From positions 99,954-163,953 of the forward strand of contig JANRLI010000005.1 in assembly GCA_033762625.1 (NCBI GenBank): a DNA stretch of 64,000 nt. Direction: 5' to 3'. A program made the position numbers and the translations under genes. The DNA comes from Alphaproteobacteria bacterium. Lineage in GTDB: Bacteria; Pseudomonadota; Alphaproteobacteria; UBA9219; RGZA01. This document shows positions 38,331 through 48,479 of this stretch, piece by piece. Each line of letters opens with the position of its first letter. The stretch's first letter is position 1. Under the pieces are notes generated by a model. The model ran no database searches. It saw nothing but the letters and a program-made list of their open reading frames with translations, and was not told the DNA's origin.

Positions 38331-40688
38331 ATGTTATCTAGGTTATTTCAAACACTGGCAACCACAGCGGTTTCCAAACTAAGCAAAGCTTATCTGTGGG
38401 TTGGCAGTGCATTCAAGAAACATACCCGATTGTCTGCGGATGATTTAAGCATTGTCGGCGCTTATTGCGCAGCCATGGGCTTGGCAAGCTGGTCTATTTT
38501 CCGTTGGCTGTCGTTTGTTGCAGCGGATATTTCCTTTGAGTGGAATAGCGGTGTTGGCCCCACGCAGATCATCTTTAATACCACATTAATTACTTATGCA
38601 ATTTTGGTGTGTTCGGTAATCGGTCTCGTTGCGTTGCTATGGGTATGCGAAGCGTTACCTTTCATGCGCCGTTTACTGGTACGGCTTGCCAACGCCTGCT
38701 CGGTGCTGCTGTTGCTGTGTTCATGTGCGGCGGTATTTATTACATCTTTGGTAATCGCGCGGATTTATTTTATTATTACATTCCTGGTTTTTGTGCCGCA
38801 TGCGGTGTGCTTCTTTAAAAGTCAGACTGTGATTATGATGAAAAATCATTCCAGTGGCTTTATTCGATATGCCATGCCGTTAGTGTTATTTGTGCCGCTC
38901 GCTCTGGCATTCGCACTTGCCATCAAAGCGTGGTTTCCGGTGCAAATTCCGAATGATTATATTGAAGTAGCCGATACGGTGGTGTTGCATGGAAAGGATA
39001 ATGTGCAAACAAAGACCATTAGCCGCTCCGATGCTGTGGATTGCATGGAGGCGGCCAAGTACCCAGATAGCAATTCAAAATCGAATGGTTCACAACTAAA
39101 GCCGCAGATAAAAAAATCTGCCAAGGATGATGCCAGCATTCCCAGATGCCGTTTTGATATATCGTCAACCCAGTTACAGAAGCTATATGAACCTGTTCTT
39201 AAAACGGGTACATGGCAAGCGCAGGCAGGGCGTTTATTATATCATCACTCGTACGTATTTGTTCCTGCTATTCATGCGCTTCACTATGGGTTGGCGTCAC
39301 CCATTCCTTATCTTTACGGTCTTGGCAACACGTTGTTTCATGCCGCATTGCTGCATCTGACATCGCCTACCCTGACCAGCTATTTTGACACTTACCCGAT
39401 TGCGCAATTGACGGGCATTTTGTGTATTATGTTATTGATTTCGTATATCTCGCGTAACAGCTATGCGGCCGTGGCCGGGTTAAGCGTTGTACTCGTTGCC
39501 TTGTTTCAGTTGAAGTTTGAATTTGTGTTATTGCCACCTGGCTTTAGCCCGCTGCGCTATGCGGGGTTGGCACTGCAAGTTGCATCGATTTTTCTTTTAT
39601 TCCGAGGGACCTCGCTTTTACGCCCGTTTGGCATGATGCTGGCGCTTGCAGCCTCATTTTTCTGGAATGCAGAATATGCGATGATTGGCGCTGTTGGGCA
39701 GGGCATGGCATTGGTATCGCCGCAATACCGAATATCCGCATGGGGGCGTTTTGGCTTTCTGGGCTTGGCAGCATTGATCGCTGTTGGCGGCATGGTTGGA
39801 AATGGCTGGTATTCTACAGGTTACTTGCAGGGAATGGCGTTGGGGCTGTTTGGCCTTTTCCCGATGTTACCGACGAACTATTTCCTGGTGCTTTGCGCGC
39901 TGGTTGCTACGGGAATTGGGTTGCTTATATATGCGACAAAGCAATTTACGGCTAGTGAAGCGATGGCCCGCCTATGCGTGTTGCCTATTATGGCGTTATT
40001 GGTTGTTAAGTTCCTTTTCTATGCATTGGCCGTACATCTTTTCTATAGCATGATGTTTATAGTGCCGCTCGTACTGACATATATTGATTGGTCGAACCGT
40101 CGTCATTCATCGGTGACTGTTAACCGCCGCTGGATGGAGGCATCATTTGCGGCTAGTTTCGCGTTGCTGGCCTTTATTAACTCCATTACCTATTATTCAA
40201 GCGCACTTAAGTTCCGTGAAATCATGTCGGATCCATTTGGCACTTATCAGTGGTCAGGAATTGGCGAGCACTTTAACACCAATATTCCCCCTGAACCGAT
40301 TGTTAGCCGCGTTGAAGCGGTGCGCTCACAATTGCGTGCGGGGGATAGAGTGTTGTTCCTGTCGCCGTTTGATCATCTGCTATCCTTTTATACCAATCCC
40401 CAGCATTACTGCGGACATTTTGAAATCGTGTTAAACCCAATAACAACAAAAATGGTGCGGTCACTTGTGGACTGTGCGCGTGATTCCACGCAGCTGTTAA
40501 TAGTATATGACGAGGCGGAAAGATACGCATGTCCTGATGGATGGCGCGCGCAGTATTATGATAGGCCTTCATGCGAGTATAAACGAAATCTCAAGCAAAA
40601 CGCGCTGACCATATTACGCGCGCTGGGTGATGATATTGTTCCGGTCACAAAAATCGGGCCGCTTACTTTTTACCGAAAAAACCATTAA
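38331..40688 (+). CDS. Large polytopic membrane protein (>=12 TM) with a C-terminal soluble domain; candidate GT-C glycosyltransferase
   Basis: 785 aa. Hydrophobic throughout with a ~170 aa hydrophilic C-terminus. Sits immediately after gtrA. Confidence 0.45.
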   Translation: MLSRLFQTLATTAVSKLSKAYLWVGSAFKKHTRLSADDLSIVGAYCAAMGLASWSIFRWLSFVAADISFEWNSGVGPTQIIFNTTLITYAILVCSVIGLVALLWVCEALPFMRRLLVRLANACSVLLLLCSCAAVFITSLVIARIYFIITFLVFVPHAVCFFKSQTVIMMKNHSSGFIRYAMPLVLFVPLALAFALAIKAWFPVQIPNDYIEVADTVVLHGKDNVQTKTISRSDAVDCMEAAKYPDSNSKSNGSQLKPQIKKSAKDDASIPRCRFDISSTQLQKLYEPVLKTGTWQAQAGRLLYHHSYVFVPAIHALHYGLASPIPYLYGLGNTLFHAALLHLTSPTLTSYFDTYPIAQLTGILCIMLLISYISRNSYAAVAGLSVVLVALFQLKFEFVLLPPGFSPLRYAGLALQVASIFLLFRGTSLLRPFGMMLALAASFFWNAEYAMIGAVGQGMALVSPQYRISAWGRFGFLGLAALIAVGGMVGNGWYSTGYLQGMALGLFGLFPMLPTNYFLVLCALVATGIGLLIYATKQFTASEAMARLCVLPIMALLVVKFLFYALAVHLFYSMMFIVPLVLTYIDWSNRRHSSVTVNRRWMEASFAASFALLAFINSITYYSSALKFREIMSDPFGTYQWSGIGEHFNTNIPPEPIVSRVEAVRSQLRAGDRVLFLSPFDHLLSFYTNPQHYCGHFEIVLNPITTKMVRSLVDCARDSTQLLIVYDEAERYACPDGWRAQYYDRPSCEYKRNLKQNALTILRALGDDIVPVTKIGPLTFYRKNH

Positions 40689-40706
40689 TCATATGGAAAG
40701 CATGCG

Positions 40707-42320
40707 ATGTCAGGCATAACGACGCTCCCTCGCAAATGGATATGGTTCTGGATTACAGCACTGCTTGTTGCGGGTTCGGTAGCGGTTTGGCATCACATGC
40801 CCATCATGCCGGATGAAATTGCCATACGCGTTCAAGCGGGCAGATTTATTCAGGATCAGGGAATGGCAACCGGGCTTTTCGCATTATGTGCCAACCGGTT
40901 GCAAGCCGTACCGGGGATTTTTATTCCTTCAGCATGGCTATTATCATTGGGCGATCTCGCTTTCTCGCCGATTGATTTGCGCGTTATATCCATTAGCGCC
41001 TTGGTGTTATGCGCTGTTATTGCAATGCGGGGTGCTTTTAAAAATGCCAATCATGCAGCAATGCTTTGGATGGTTGCTGCATTTTTGGGTGTATCCGGTT
41101 CAACGCTGGTATTTTTCCGCTTCGAAGTTTTTTTGATCATCCATCTTTGCTTGTGTATGACAGCGTTACAGGTGCTCAAAAAAAATCAACCTGGAATCTT
41201 GCATCTGGTGTTAACAGGCGCGCTGCTTTTTAGCCTGCTCACCATGGGGTATGTTCACCCGCAAGCATTTCTGTTTATCCCTTTAACTGCTTATTTGTGC
41301 TACAGGCTAATATGTGGAACGCGTATTGACGTGGTTAAACTGTTTATTGGTCTTGCGCTGTTTGCAGGTATCGCGGTGACCATTCATTTCTTTTTTCAAT
41401 TGTCATGCGTTGGACATAAAGAAATCGAAATCTTTTGGGGTGAAATGATTTTTGATATGTCGCGATTGGTATCGGCTGATTTTTTCAATATTATAAAAGA
41501 AAAATTCAAGCTCTTTGCATTTTCATTTACATACAACGATTCCTATACCATCGGCTATTTGCCAGGCATTACCAAGGATATGTTTGCAGCGCGAGGCATT
41601 CTAAATGCGGCTATTGTTATTGGTTTGTTGATGGTGATGGTAACAGGCGTAATGCTGGGATGCGCCTATGTATATCGCTTTGTTGCAATATACATCCTGC
41701 GCCGTCAACAACCGGCAGGGTTTGATTTGGATGCCGCGGTAGGATTCAGTTTTATCTTTTTTCCTTCGCTGTTTTATTTACTTTACGATGCGCATCTTTA
41801 TTTTTACCGGTCTTTTATCATAAATTTTTTATTCGTTATTGCTGTGGTCATCGGCCTTTCCACGATTGATAACAAACTACTCAAGACAATAACTGCCTAC
41901 GCGGGAGGGGTTTTATGTCTTGTTTGTGCATTTTCCATTTACACAAATTTTGCCTATTTTTATAAACCCATACAAACCTATGAGGGCCCTTCTGCATCGC
42001 TAGATCGCGATTGGGCACACGCACCTGAACGGCTAAACCGTTTTGCCCAGAGCTGCGGGATTGATTTGACCAAAGGCGGCGGGATTATTGATGATGTTAC
42101 CTATGAGGGGGTGAAGCAGTACCCGCGTGTCTATCAAATTACCTACCTTGGGCTACAAATGGGGCTTGCTAAGATAAAGCCTGAAACGGTAATAACCACT
42201 TTAAAGCCTAATTATGTATTGGCGCGCTGCAGCGAAATGGAAGCGATAGGGCTTGGTTGGCCGGCTGATAAGCAAGAAGGCGATCTTTGCTGTAAACGCT
42301 ATAGCCCCGCGTCAGAATAA
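40707..42320 (+). CDS. Polytopic membrane protein, candidate GT-C glycosyltransferase (GtrC-like)
   Basis: 537 aa, multi-TM. Acidic first-loop motif MPDEIAIR typical of GT-C catalytic DE/DD loops. Confidence 0.45.
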   Translation: MSGITTLPRKWIWFWITALLVAGSVAVWHHMPIMPDEIAIRVQAGRFIQDQGMATGLFALCANRLQAVPGIFIPSAWLLSLGDLAFSPIDLRVISISALVLCAVIAMRGAFKNANHAAMLWMVAAFLGVSGSTLVFFRFEVFLIIHLCLCMTALQVLKKNQPGILHLVLTGALLFSLLTMGYVHPQAFLFIPLTAYLCYRLICGTRIDVVKLFIGLALFAGIAVTIHFFFQLSCVGHKEIEIFWGEMIFDMSRLVSADFFNIIKEKFKLFAFSFTYNDSYTIGYLPGITKDMFAARGILNAAIVIGLLMVMVTGVMLGCAYVYRFVAIYILRRQQPAGFDLDAAVGFSFIFFPSLFYLLYDAHLYFYRSFIINFLFVIAVVIGLSTIDNKLLKTITAYAGGVLCLVCAFSIYTNFAYFYKPIQTYEGPSASLDRDWAHAPERLNRFAQSCGIDLTKGGGIIDDVTYEGVKQYPRVYQITYLGLQMGLAKIKPETVITTLKPNYVLARCSEMEAIGLGWPADKQEGDLCCKRYSPASE

Positions 42321-42323
42321 ACC

Positions 42324-43022
42324 ATGACCAAAAAAGTCGCCATCGTTCAGTCAAATTACATCCCCTGGAAGGGATTTTTTGACATGATTGCCGCAGTAGA
42401 TGAATTCATTTTATATGATGATATGCAATTCACGCGGCGGGACTGGCGCAACCGTAACCAGATTAAAACCCCGCAGGGGCTTTCATGGCTATCGGTACCT
42501 GTCCAGTCCAAAGGAAAGTACGACCAAAAAATCAGGGATACGGAAATCGATGGGACGGATTGGGCTGCATCGCATTGGAAGTCCATATCGCTTAACTATG
42601 CGCGCGCACCGCATTTCAAGGAAATCGCCGAATGGTTGCAACCCATTTACCAGCAGCAGACATTCACCAATCTGTCCGTTTTGAACCGCACCTTGATTGA
42701 AGCGGTGTGTAACTATCTTAGTATTAAAACTGTCATTAAAAATTCATGGGATTATAAATTAATAGACGGAAAAACCGAACGCCTTGCCGATTTATGCAAA
42801 CAGGCGGGTGGCAGTGAATATATCTCTGGCCCTGCGGCCAAAGACTATATCGATGATACGGTTTTCGCCCATTACGCCATTAAACTGACGTGGTTTGACT
42901 ACCAAGGGTACAGCGAATATCCTCAGCTTTGGGGTGATTTTGCGCATAATGTGAGCATTGTCGATCTGCTGTTTAATTGTGGCAAAGATGCCCCGCGCTA
43001 TATGAGGTTTGTCAAATCATGA
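42324..43022 (+). CDS. WbqC-like family protein
   Basis: [45 protein letters not shown] matches the WbqC family N-terminus. Confidence 0.75.
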   Translation: MTKKVAIVQSNYIPWKGFFDMIAAVDEFILYDDMQFTRRDWRNRNQIKTPQGLSWLSVPVQSKGKYDQKIRDTEIDGTDWAASHWKSISLNYARAPHFKEIAEWLQPIYQQQTFTNLSVLNRTLIEAVCNYLSIKTVIKNSWDYKLIDGKTERLADLCKQAGGSEYISGPAAKDYIDDTVFAHYAIKLTWFDYQGYSEYPQLWGDFAHNVSIVDLLFNCGKDAPRYMRFVKS

Positions 43023-43968
43023 AGCTATCCCCATGAAACTATCGATTGTTGCCACGCTTTATAAATCGAGCGCGTATATTGATGCGTTCCACCAGCGGTG
43101 CAGCGCGGTTGCCACGGCCTATGCAGGCGATGACTACGAAATCGTACTAGTCAATGATGGCTCGCCTGATGATAGCTTGCAGCGCGCAATTGCCCTTTCG
43201 CAAAAGGATGCGCATGTGGTGGTGGTTGATTTGTCGCGTAATTTTGGTCACCACAAGGCAATGATGACTGGCCTTGCGCAGGCAAAAGGTGAGCGCATTT
43301 TTTTAATCGACAGCGATTTGGAAGAAGAACCTGAATGGTTGTCGTTATTCCAAGCGCAAATGGATGCTGAAGATTGCGACGTTGTGTTTGGCGTTCAGGA
43401 AAAACGCAAAGGCAACTGGCTTGAGCAATGTTCAGGCCCTGTCTATTACAGCATCTTCCGCTTGTTCACTGGTATCAATCAGCCAGATAATATCGTAACC
43501 GCACGCCTGATGACGCGCCGTTATGTCGATGCGCTGCTGCTGCATAAGGAGCGCGAGCTCAATATCGGCGGTTTGTGGATTATCACCGGCTTTAAGCAGA
43601 CAACACAGGTTGTCAAAAAGCACGAAACCAGCCCCACTACGTATTCGATTGCGCATAAGGTGGGCCATTTGGTCAATGCGGTAACATCGTTCAGCAGCAT
43701 GCCGTTGGTATTCACCTTTTATGCCGGGCTTTTCATTTCATTTGGCGCGCTGGTTTATATCGCGCATCTTGTCATTCATTATCTGTTTGGATCCGCGCCG
43801 CCCGATGGCTATACATCCATCATTGCATCGATCTGGCTGTTTTCTGGGCTGATTATTTTCTTTCTTGGGGTGCAGGGAATTTATATCTCCAAACTGTTTA
43901 TGGAAGTGAAGCAGCGCCCCTATACCATCATCCGCCGCATCTATGGCCGCAACAACGGAGGCGGCTAA
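43009..43968 (+). CDS. GT2 polyprenyl-phosphate glycosyltransferase (GtrB/ArnC-like) with a C-terminal TM anchor
   Basis: [23 protein letters not shown] and DSDLEE motifs. C-terminal TM pair. The likely real start is at 43033 (MKLSIV). Confidence 0.8.
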   Translation: MSNHEAIPMKLSIVATLYKSSAYIDAFHQRCSAVATAYAGDDYEIVLVNDGSPDDSLQRAIALSQKDAHVVVVDLSRNFGHHKAMMTGLAQAKGERIFLIDSDLEEEPEWLSLFQAQMDAEDCDVVFGVQEKRKGNWLEQCSGPVYYSIFRLFTGINQPDNIVTARLMTRRYVDALLLHKERELNIGGLWIITGFKQTTQVVKKHETSPTTYSIAHKVGHLVNAVTSFSSMPLVFTFYAGLFISFGALVYIAHLVIHYLFGSAPPDGYTSIIASIWLFSGLIIFFLGVQGIYISKLFMEVKQRPYTIIRRIYGRNNGGG

Positions 43969-44597
43969 TGTCCAGCGCTTCCAAGCTTGCGGATGTTGCA
44001 ACCTATTACACAGAAAAACTGACCGCGCACGGGCAAACTGCGCGCGGCGTTGATTGGAATGGTGAAGAAAGCCAGAACCTGCGCTTCACGCAGCTGTGCA
44101 AAATTATTGATCCGGAATTGAAGGATTTTTCAATCAATGATCTGGGGTGCGGCTATGCCGCGCTTGTAGATTTTTTGGTACAGCGCCATCCGCATTTCTC
44201 GTATAACGGGTTTGACGTATCGCAAGCGATGCTGGATGCCGCGATGGAACGCCATAAGGGTAAGCCAACTATTCGTTTTGGGTTGGCAGATAAGCCGGAC
44301 GCTGTAGCCGATTATGGTATTGCCAGCGGCATTTTTAATGTGCGGTTGAAACAGACTGATGCCGAGTGGCTTCAGCATTTTGAAGCGACGCTGGATGAAT
44401 TGAACCGTACCAGCCGCCGCGGGTTTGCATTCAATGCGCTCACATCCTATTCCGATGCCGATAAAATGCGCGAAAACCTTTATTACGCATCCCCTGCGAC
44501 AATTTTTGACATATGCAAGAAGCGCTATTCCCGTAATGTTGCGCTTTTGCATGATTATGATCTTTACGAATTCACGATTTTGGTGAGGAAAGCATGA
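43968..44597 (+). CDS. Class I SAM methyltransferase
   Basis: INDLGCGYAALVDFL motif I. TAATG-coupled. Confidence 0.55.
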   Translation: MSSASKLADVATYYTEKLTAHGQTARGVDWNGEESQNLRFTQLCKIIDPELKDFSINDLGCGYAALVDFLVQRHPHFSYNGFDVSQAMLDAAMERHKGKPTIRFGLADKPDAVADYGIASGIFNVRLKQTDAEWLQHFEATLDELNRTSRRGFAFNALTSYSDADKMRENLYYASPATIFDICKKRYSRNVALLHDYDLYEFTILVRKA

Positions 44598-46504
44598 CAA
44601 TTGAAGCAACGCTTCTGTTTTTAGTGACCCTGGTTGCATGTTACATCGCTGTTCGCAAAAGCGTTGCCTTGCAAGGATTGTCCGTTCGGTTTGCCGATGT
44701 TCTTCAGCGCCGCGCTTTTCCCGCGCCATCGGATTTTGAGCATATCAAATTTGCGTTTCTGCGCATCATTTTTGGCGGATTATTGTTGAACCGCGCAGTT
44801 CAGATATTCATTTATATGTTGCCGGAAGAATATGGAACCGCGGCTGGCCTGTGCGCAATCGCTACTATTGTTTCAGCGGTATTTGTTATGGTTGGCCTCT
44901 TCACGCAGTGGTCGTTGGTTTTTTCGATGGGTTTCCTGTGGCAAACCAGCGAAGGAATTTTAAAAAACTCTACCCTTGGCAATGATATTGCTGCGGCGCT
45001 GAGCCTTTTATTATTGCTTACCAGCGCAGGAAAGTTTTTGTCGGTAGATGGTTGGATACTGAGCCGATTGAAAAACAAATCATGGTGCAATTTGCTGCTT
45101 TATGATCATGACATTCCCAGCAAACGTACCATCGCCCTTGCCAAATTCGTATCGTTGTTTGCTTATTTTTTGGTATGTGTATTTTCCATCTGCGTGCATT
45201 TGCATGAATCCGCATGGATGACAGGGGTGGCTGGCCCTTATCTGCTCAGCAATAATTTTATGACTGCGCCGCATGAATTCTTCACACAATTATTTGTGCA
45301 ATATCCGATTGCAGTCATTATCGCCAAATTCTCCCTTTGGGTGATGATGGTGTGGTATCCCACCATTATTCCGTTTGTGTTAATGGGCGGGATATTCCGG
45401 TGGTATATTGTGTATTGGGGCTTGGCGTTTTTGATCTTGTCGTCATTCGTATTGCAACTTGGCTCCCTTGCCGAATTTGAATTTGTGTTCTGGGCGGGGA
45501 TTTTCTGGGCCAATACTGCCCTTGATAGTCGAAAAAAACTATCTGTCTATTATGACGACACCTGCAACTTATGTGACCGCACGGTGCTGGTCATTACTGT
45601 GCTGGATATTTTCAATCGTGTGGCACTGCGTCCGTTATCAAAACATACTGAAGAATTGCGCAGTTATGGCATAAGCCATGAAGCCGCGATGCAAAATCTT
45701 TATGGTATTCAGGAAGAAAACGGCACAGCCAAACCCGGCACAGTCACTTCGGGTACGGTAAAATTCGGATATGATTTTTATATCATGCTGGCAAAGAACC
45801 TGTTCCTGTTGTGGCCGGTTTTGCCATTCTTGTATTTAGGTAAAATTCTGCTGATTGGCCCTGCCATTTACAGCCTTGTTGCCCAAAAACGCCATGCCAT
45901 GTTTGGGGTATGCAAACTTCCCACCAAGAAAGTAGAACGCAGCGCGCCCGTTACTTCAGATAAATTGCCGATTGCGGGTAACGCCGTTGTGTTGCATGTG
46001 ATGTTGATGGCTTTGTGCTATATCGTAGCCATTCCGTATCCTTATCTTAATATTCAGGGCTTTGATAATATTGGCGCGAAAGCGGCAGCATTTTACGGGA
46101 TTGCGCCGATTAATGTCTTTAACCGCGAAGATCTGCGTATGGCCGAAAACTGGTTCACGCTGCGTGATATTAAAAATGATAGCATGGTGCCGTTATTTGC
46201 CAAGGATGGATCACGCTTGCGCATGCACCGTTCTGATCGTGTTTATTTTGGCCATACGTTACTTTTCCGCAGATCGGTCATCGATAAAGAAGGATGTTTC
46301 TTTAATGAATGGCAGGCGCAGATGGAATACCTATCGAAGGTTTATCTGCATAGTATCAATGCACCTGCTGGTACATATCCATTTGAATATGTACAGTATA
46401 AACAACCCTTACCCAACGATGCCAAGGTGAACATAGGCGAATACGTATTGGAGCCCGTTACCACCCCATGCACAAAGACTTATGATATAGATTACAAACC
46501 ATGA
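44594..46504 (+). CDS. Fusion membrane protein: N-terminal HTTM domain plus DCC-family (DUF393) thiol-disulfide oxidoreductase-like domain, then a C-terminal soluble domain
   Basis: HTTM signature FAFLRIIFGGLLLNRAVQ with ~8 TM. DUF393 motif VYYDDTCNLCDRTVLVITVLDIFNRVALRPL. ATGA-coupled on both sides. Confidence 0.6.
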   Translation: MTIEATLLFLVTLVACYIAVRKSVALQGLSVRFADVLQRRAFPAPSDFEHIKFAFLRIIFGGLLLNRAVQIFIYMLPEEYGTAAGLCAIATIVSAVFVMVGLFTQWSLVFSMGFLWQTSEGILKNSTLGNDIAAALSLLLLLTSAGKFLSVDGWILSRLKNKSWCNLLLYDHDIPSKRTIALAKFVSLFAYFLVCVFSICVHLHESAWMTGVAGPYLLSNNFMTAPHEFFTQLFVQYPIAVIIAKFSLWVMMVWYPTIIPFVLMGGIFRWYIVYWGLAFLILSSFVLQLGSLAEFEFVFWAGIFWANTALDSRKKLSVYYDDTCNLCDRTVLVITVLDIFNRVALRPLSKHTEELRSYGISHEAAMQNLYGIQEENGTAKPGTVTSGTVKFGYDFYIMLAKNLFLLWPVLPFLYLGKILLIGPAIYSLVAQKRHAMFGVCKLPTKKVERSAPVTSDKLPIAGNAVVLHVMLMALCYIVAIPYPYLNIQGFDNIGAKAAAFYGIAPINVFNREDLRMAENWFTLRDIKNDSMVPLFAKDGSRLRMHRSDRVYFGHTLLFRRSVIDKEGCFFNEWQAQMEYLSKVYLHSINAPAGTYPFEYVQYKQPLPNDAKVNIGEYVLEPVTTPCTKTYDIDYKP

Positions 46505-47166
46505 AACAAAAGCTGGTCATCTTTGGAGCAGGAGAGATTGCGCAATTGGCGCATTATTACTTCACGCATGATAGCGATTATGAAGTCGTGGCGTTTACGG
46601 CTGATAGCGCCTTTATCAAAGAGCCCGTATTCTGCGGATTACCCGTGGTGGCGTTTGAAGAAGTCGCACAGATTTACCCGCCATCCACCCATGATTTTTT
46701 TGTGGCGCTCAGCTATTCCAAATTGAATTTGCTTCGTAAGGACAAATACCTTGCCGCAAAGGCAAAGGGCTATCGGCTCGCCAGCTATATCAGCCCCAAG
46801 GCGAGTGTGTTGAATGATGGCCGTATTGGGGAAAATTGCTTTGTTTTTGAGGACAACACCATCCAGCCTTTTGCGCATATCGGCAATAACGTGACGTTAT
46901 GGAGTGGTAATCATATTGGCCATCATTCAACGATTAAAGACCATAGTTTCATTTCTTCGCATGTGGTGGTGTCGGGCGGTGTAGTGATTGGCGAGCAATG
47001 CTTTATCGGCGTCAACGCCACGCTTCGTGACCACATCACGATTGGTGATCGCTGCGTTATCGGGGCTGGCGCTATTCTTCTTTCCAATGCGGAAGCCGAA
47101 GGCGTTTATATGGGCAGTGAAACGGAACGCTCCAAAGTGCCCAGTACACGCTTGAAAGCCATATAG
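46501..47166 (+). CDS. NeuD/PglD-family sugar N-acetyltransferase (hexapeptide repeat)
   Basis: N-terminus KLVIFGAGEIAQLAHYYFTHDSDYEVVAFTAD is NeuD-like. C-terminal left-handed beta-helix hexapeptide repeats. Confidence 0.8.
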   Translation: MKQKLVIFGAGEIAQLAHYYFTHDSDYEVVAFTADSAFIKEPVFCGLPVVAFEEVAQIYPPSTHDFFVALSYSKLNLLRKDKYLAAKAKGYRLASYISPKASVLNDGRIGENCFVFEDNTIQPFAHIGNNVTLWSGNHIGHHSTIKDHSFISSHVVVSGGVVIGEQCFIGVNATLRDHITIGDRCVIGAGAILLSNAEAEGVYMGSETERSKVPSTRLKAI

Positions 47167-48078
47167 ATGGGTGCGTGGAAAAAACTTGGAAAGCTGTATT
47201 CCTTGCCGGAAGGCGGGGTGCACCCCAAACTTCTTTCCCATACCGCCAACCCGTTGCCTGTATTGCTGGATGGCGATGTCTATCGCATTTTTTACAGTAG
47301 CCGCGATAAGGATAACCGTTCATCTGTTGGCGCGGTAGATATGGATATTGTGAAGCGCAGCGTGGTGCGTGAGCACACCGAGCCGCTTTTCGAAGTTGGC
47401 GAAAAGGGCAGTTTCTATGAAGCAGGCGTCAGCATCGGCAATTGTTATGAAGCAGACGGAAAAACCTACATGCTGTTTATGGGCTGGCAAAATCCGGATG
47501 GCGGGCATTGGCGCGGCGATATAGGACGTTTGCGTGTTATGCCAGATTTGTCATTACAGCTTGATAGTGCGCAGCCGTTTATGGGCGTTGATGCGATTGA
47601 TCCCATCAGCCTTTCATATCCTTGGGTGATTAAAAACGCGGATGGCAGTTATTCCATGTGGTACGGTTCCACGCAAAGCTGGGATGCAGGAAATGGTGAA
47701 ATGCTGCATGTAATTAATGGCGCGTCATCACATGATGGCCATAACTGGAAACGTGAAGGATTGGCGGTTCCATACCAGTTGGGTGTGGCGCAGGCATTTT
47801 CGCGGCCCACGGTCGCGCGGGATGAACATGGCTATAAAATGTGGTTTTCATACCGCAGCGGTGCAGGCGAGACGTACCGTATTGGGTGCGCGTCGAGCAA
47901 GGATACTAAGGAATGGAAATTGGCGTTAGACCAATCGGGGATTGATGTTTCAACCGATGGCTGGGATAGCGAGATGATTGAATATCCCTTTGTTTTTGAC
48001 CACAAGGGCCAGCGTTATATGCTGTATAACGGTAACGGATACGGGAAAACCGGTTTTGGTCTGGCAGTGCAGGTATGA
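47167..48078 (+). CDS. Five-bladed beta-propeller protein, GH130/DUF377-like (putative glycosidase or glycoside phosphorylase), tentative
   Basis: N-terminal NP...DG.YRIFYS motif and repeated W/Y-rich blades. Starts immediately after the NeuD stop. Confidence 0.4.
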   Translation: MGAWKKLGKLYSLPEGGVHPKLLSHTANPLPVLLDGDVYRIFYSSRDKDNRSSVGAVDMDIVKRSVVREHTEPLFEVGEKGSFYEAGVSIGNCYEADGKTYMLFMGWQNPDGGHWRGDIGRLRVMPDLSLQLDSAQPFMGVDAIDPISLSYPWVIKNADGSYSMWYGSTQSWDAGNGEMLHVINGASSHDGHNWKREGLAVPYQLGVAQAFSRPTVARDEHGYKMWFSYRSGAGETYRIGCASSKDTKEWKLALDQSGIDVSTDGWDSEMIEYPFVFDHKGQRYMLYNGNGYGKTGFGLAVQV

Positions 48079-48479
48079 ACGAAGCATTGAATATAAAAGC
48101 AACGGCAATACAGTTCGTGCGTTATGCCATGGTGGGGCTTGTTTCCAATGTAATGGGTTATCTGATCTATTTGCTGGTAACCTATCTGGGTATGGCTCCA
48201 AAAATTGCAATGACTTTTTTATATGGAGTTGGTGTGACCATCAGCTTCTTCGGCAACCGCTATTTGGTGTTTGCGGATGGCGGCAGATTGAAAACAACGG
48301 GCATTAAATTCATAGCGGCTTATCTCATCGGGTATTTTTTGAACCTTTCGCTGTTAATTGTGTTTGTTGACCAGATGGGGTATCCGCATCAAATCGTGCA
48401 GGCAATTGCAATTTGCGTTGTTGCGGTATTTCTGTTCTGTGCGCTTAAAGTTTTTGTCTTTAAAAAGGATGCGCCATGA
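48075..48479 (+). CDS. gtrA: GtrA-family small membrane protein (second copy)
   Basis: 134 aa, 4 TM. VRYAMVGLVSNVMGYLIYLLV ... NRYLVF. Confidence 0.7.
   Translation: MNEALNIKATAIQFVRYAMVGLVSNVMGYLIYLLVTYLGMAPKIAMTFLYGVGVTISFFGNRYLVFADGGRLKTTGIKFIAAYLIGYFLNLSLLIVFVDQMGYPHQIVQAIAICVVAVFLFCALKVFVFKKDAP

Noticed and set aside
44130-44729. 199-aa ORF on the - strand
   Set aside because: It is antisense to the coupled methyltransferase / HTTM-DCC genes and would break the operon.
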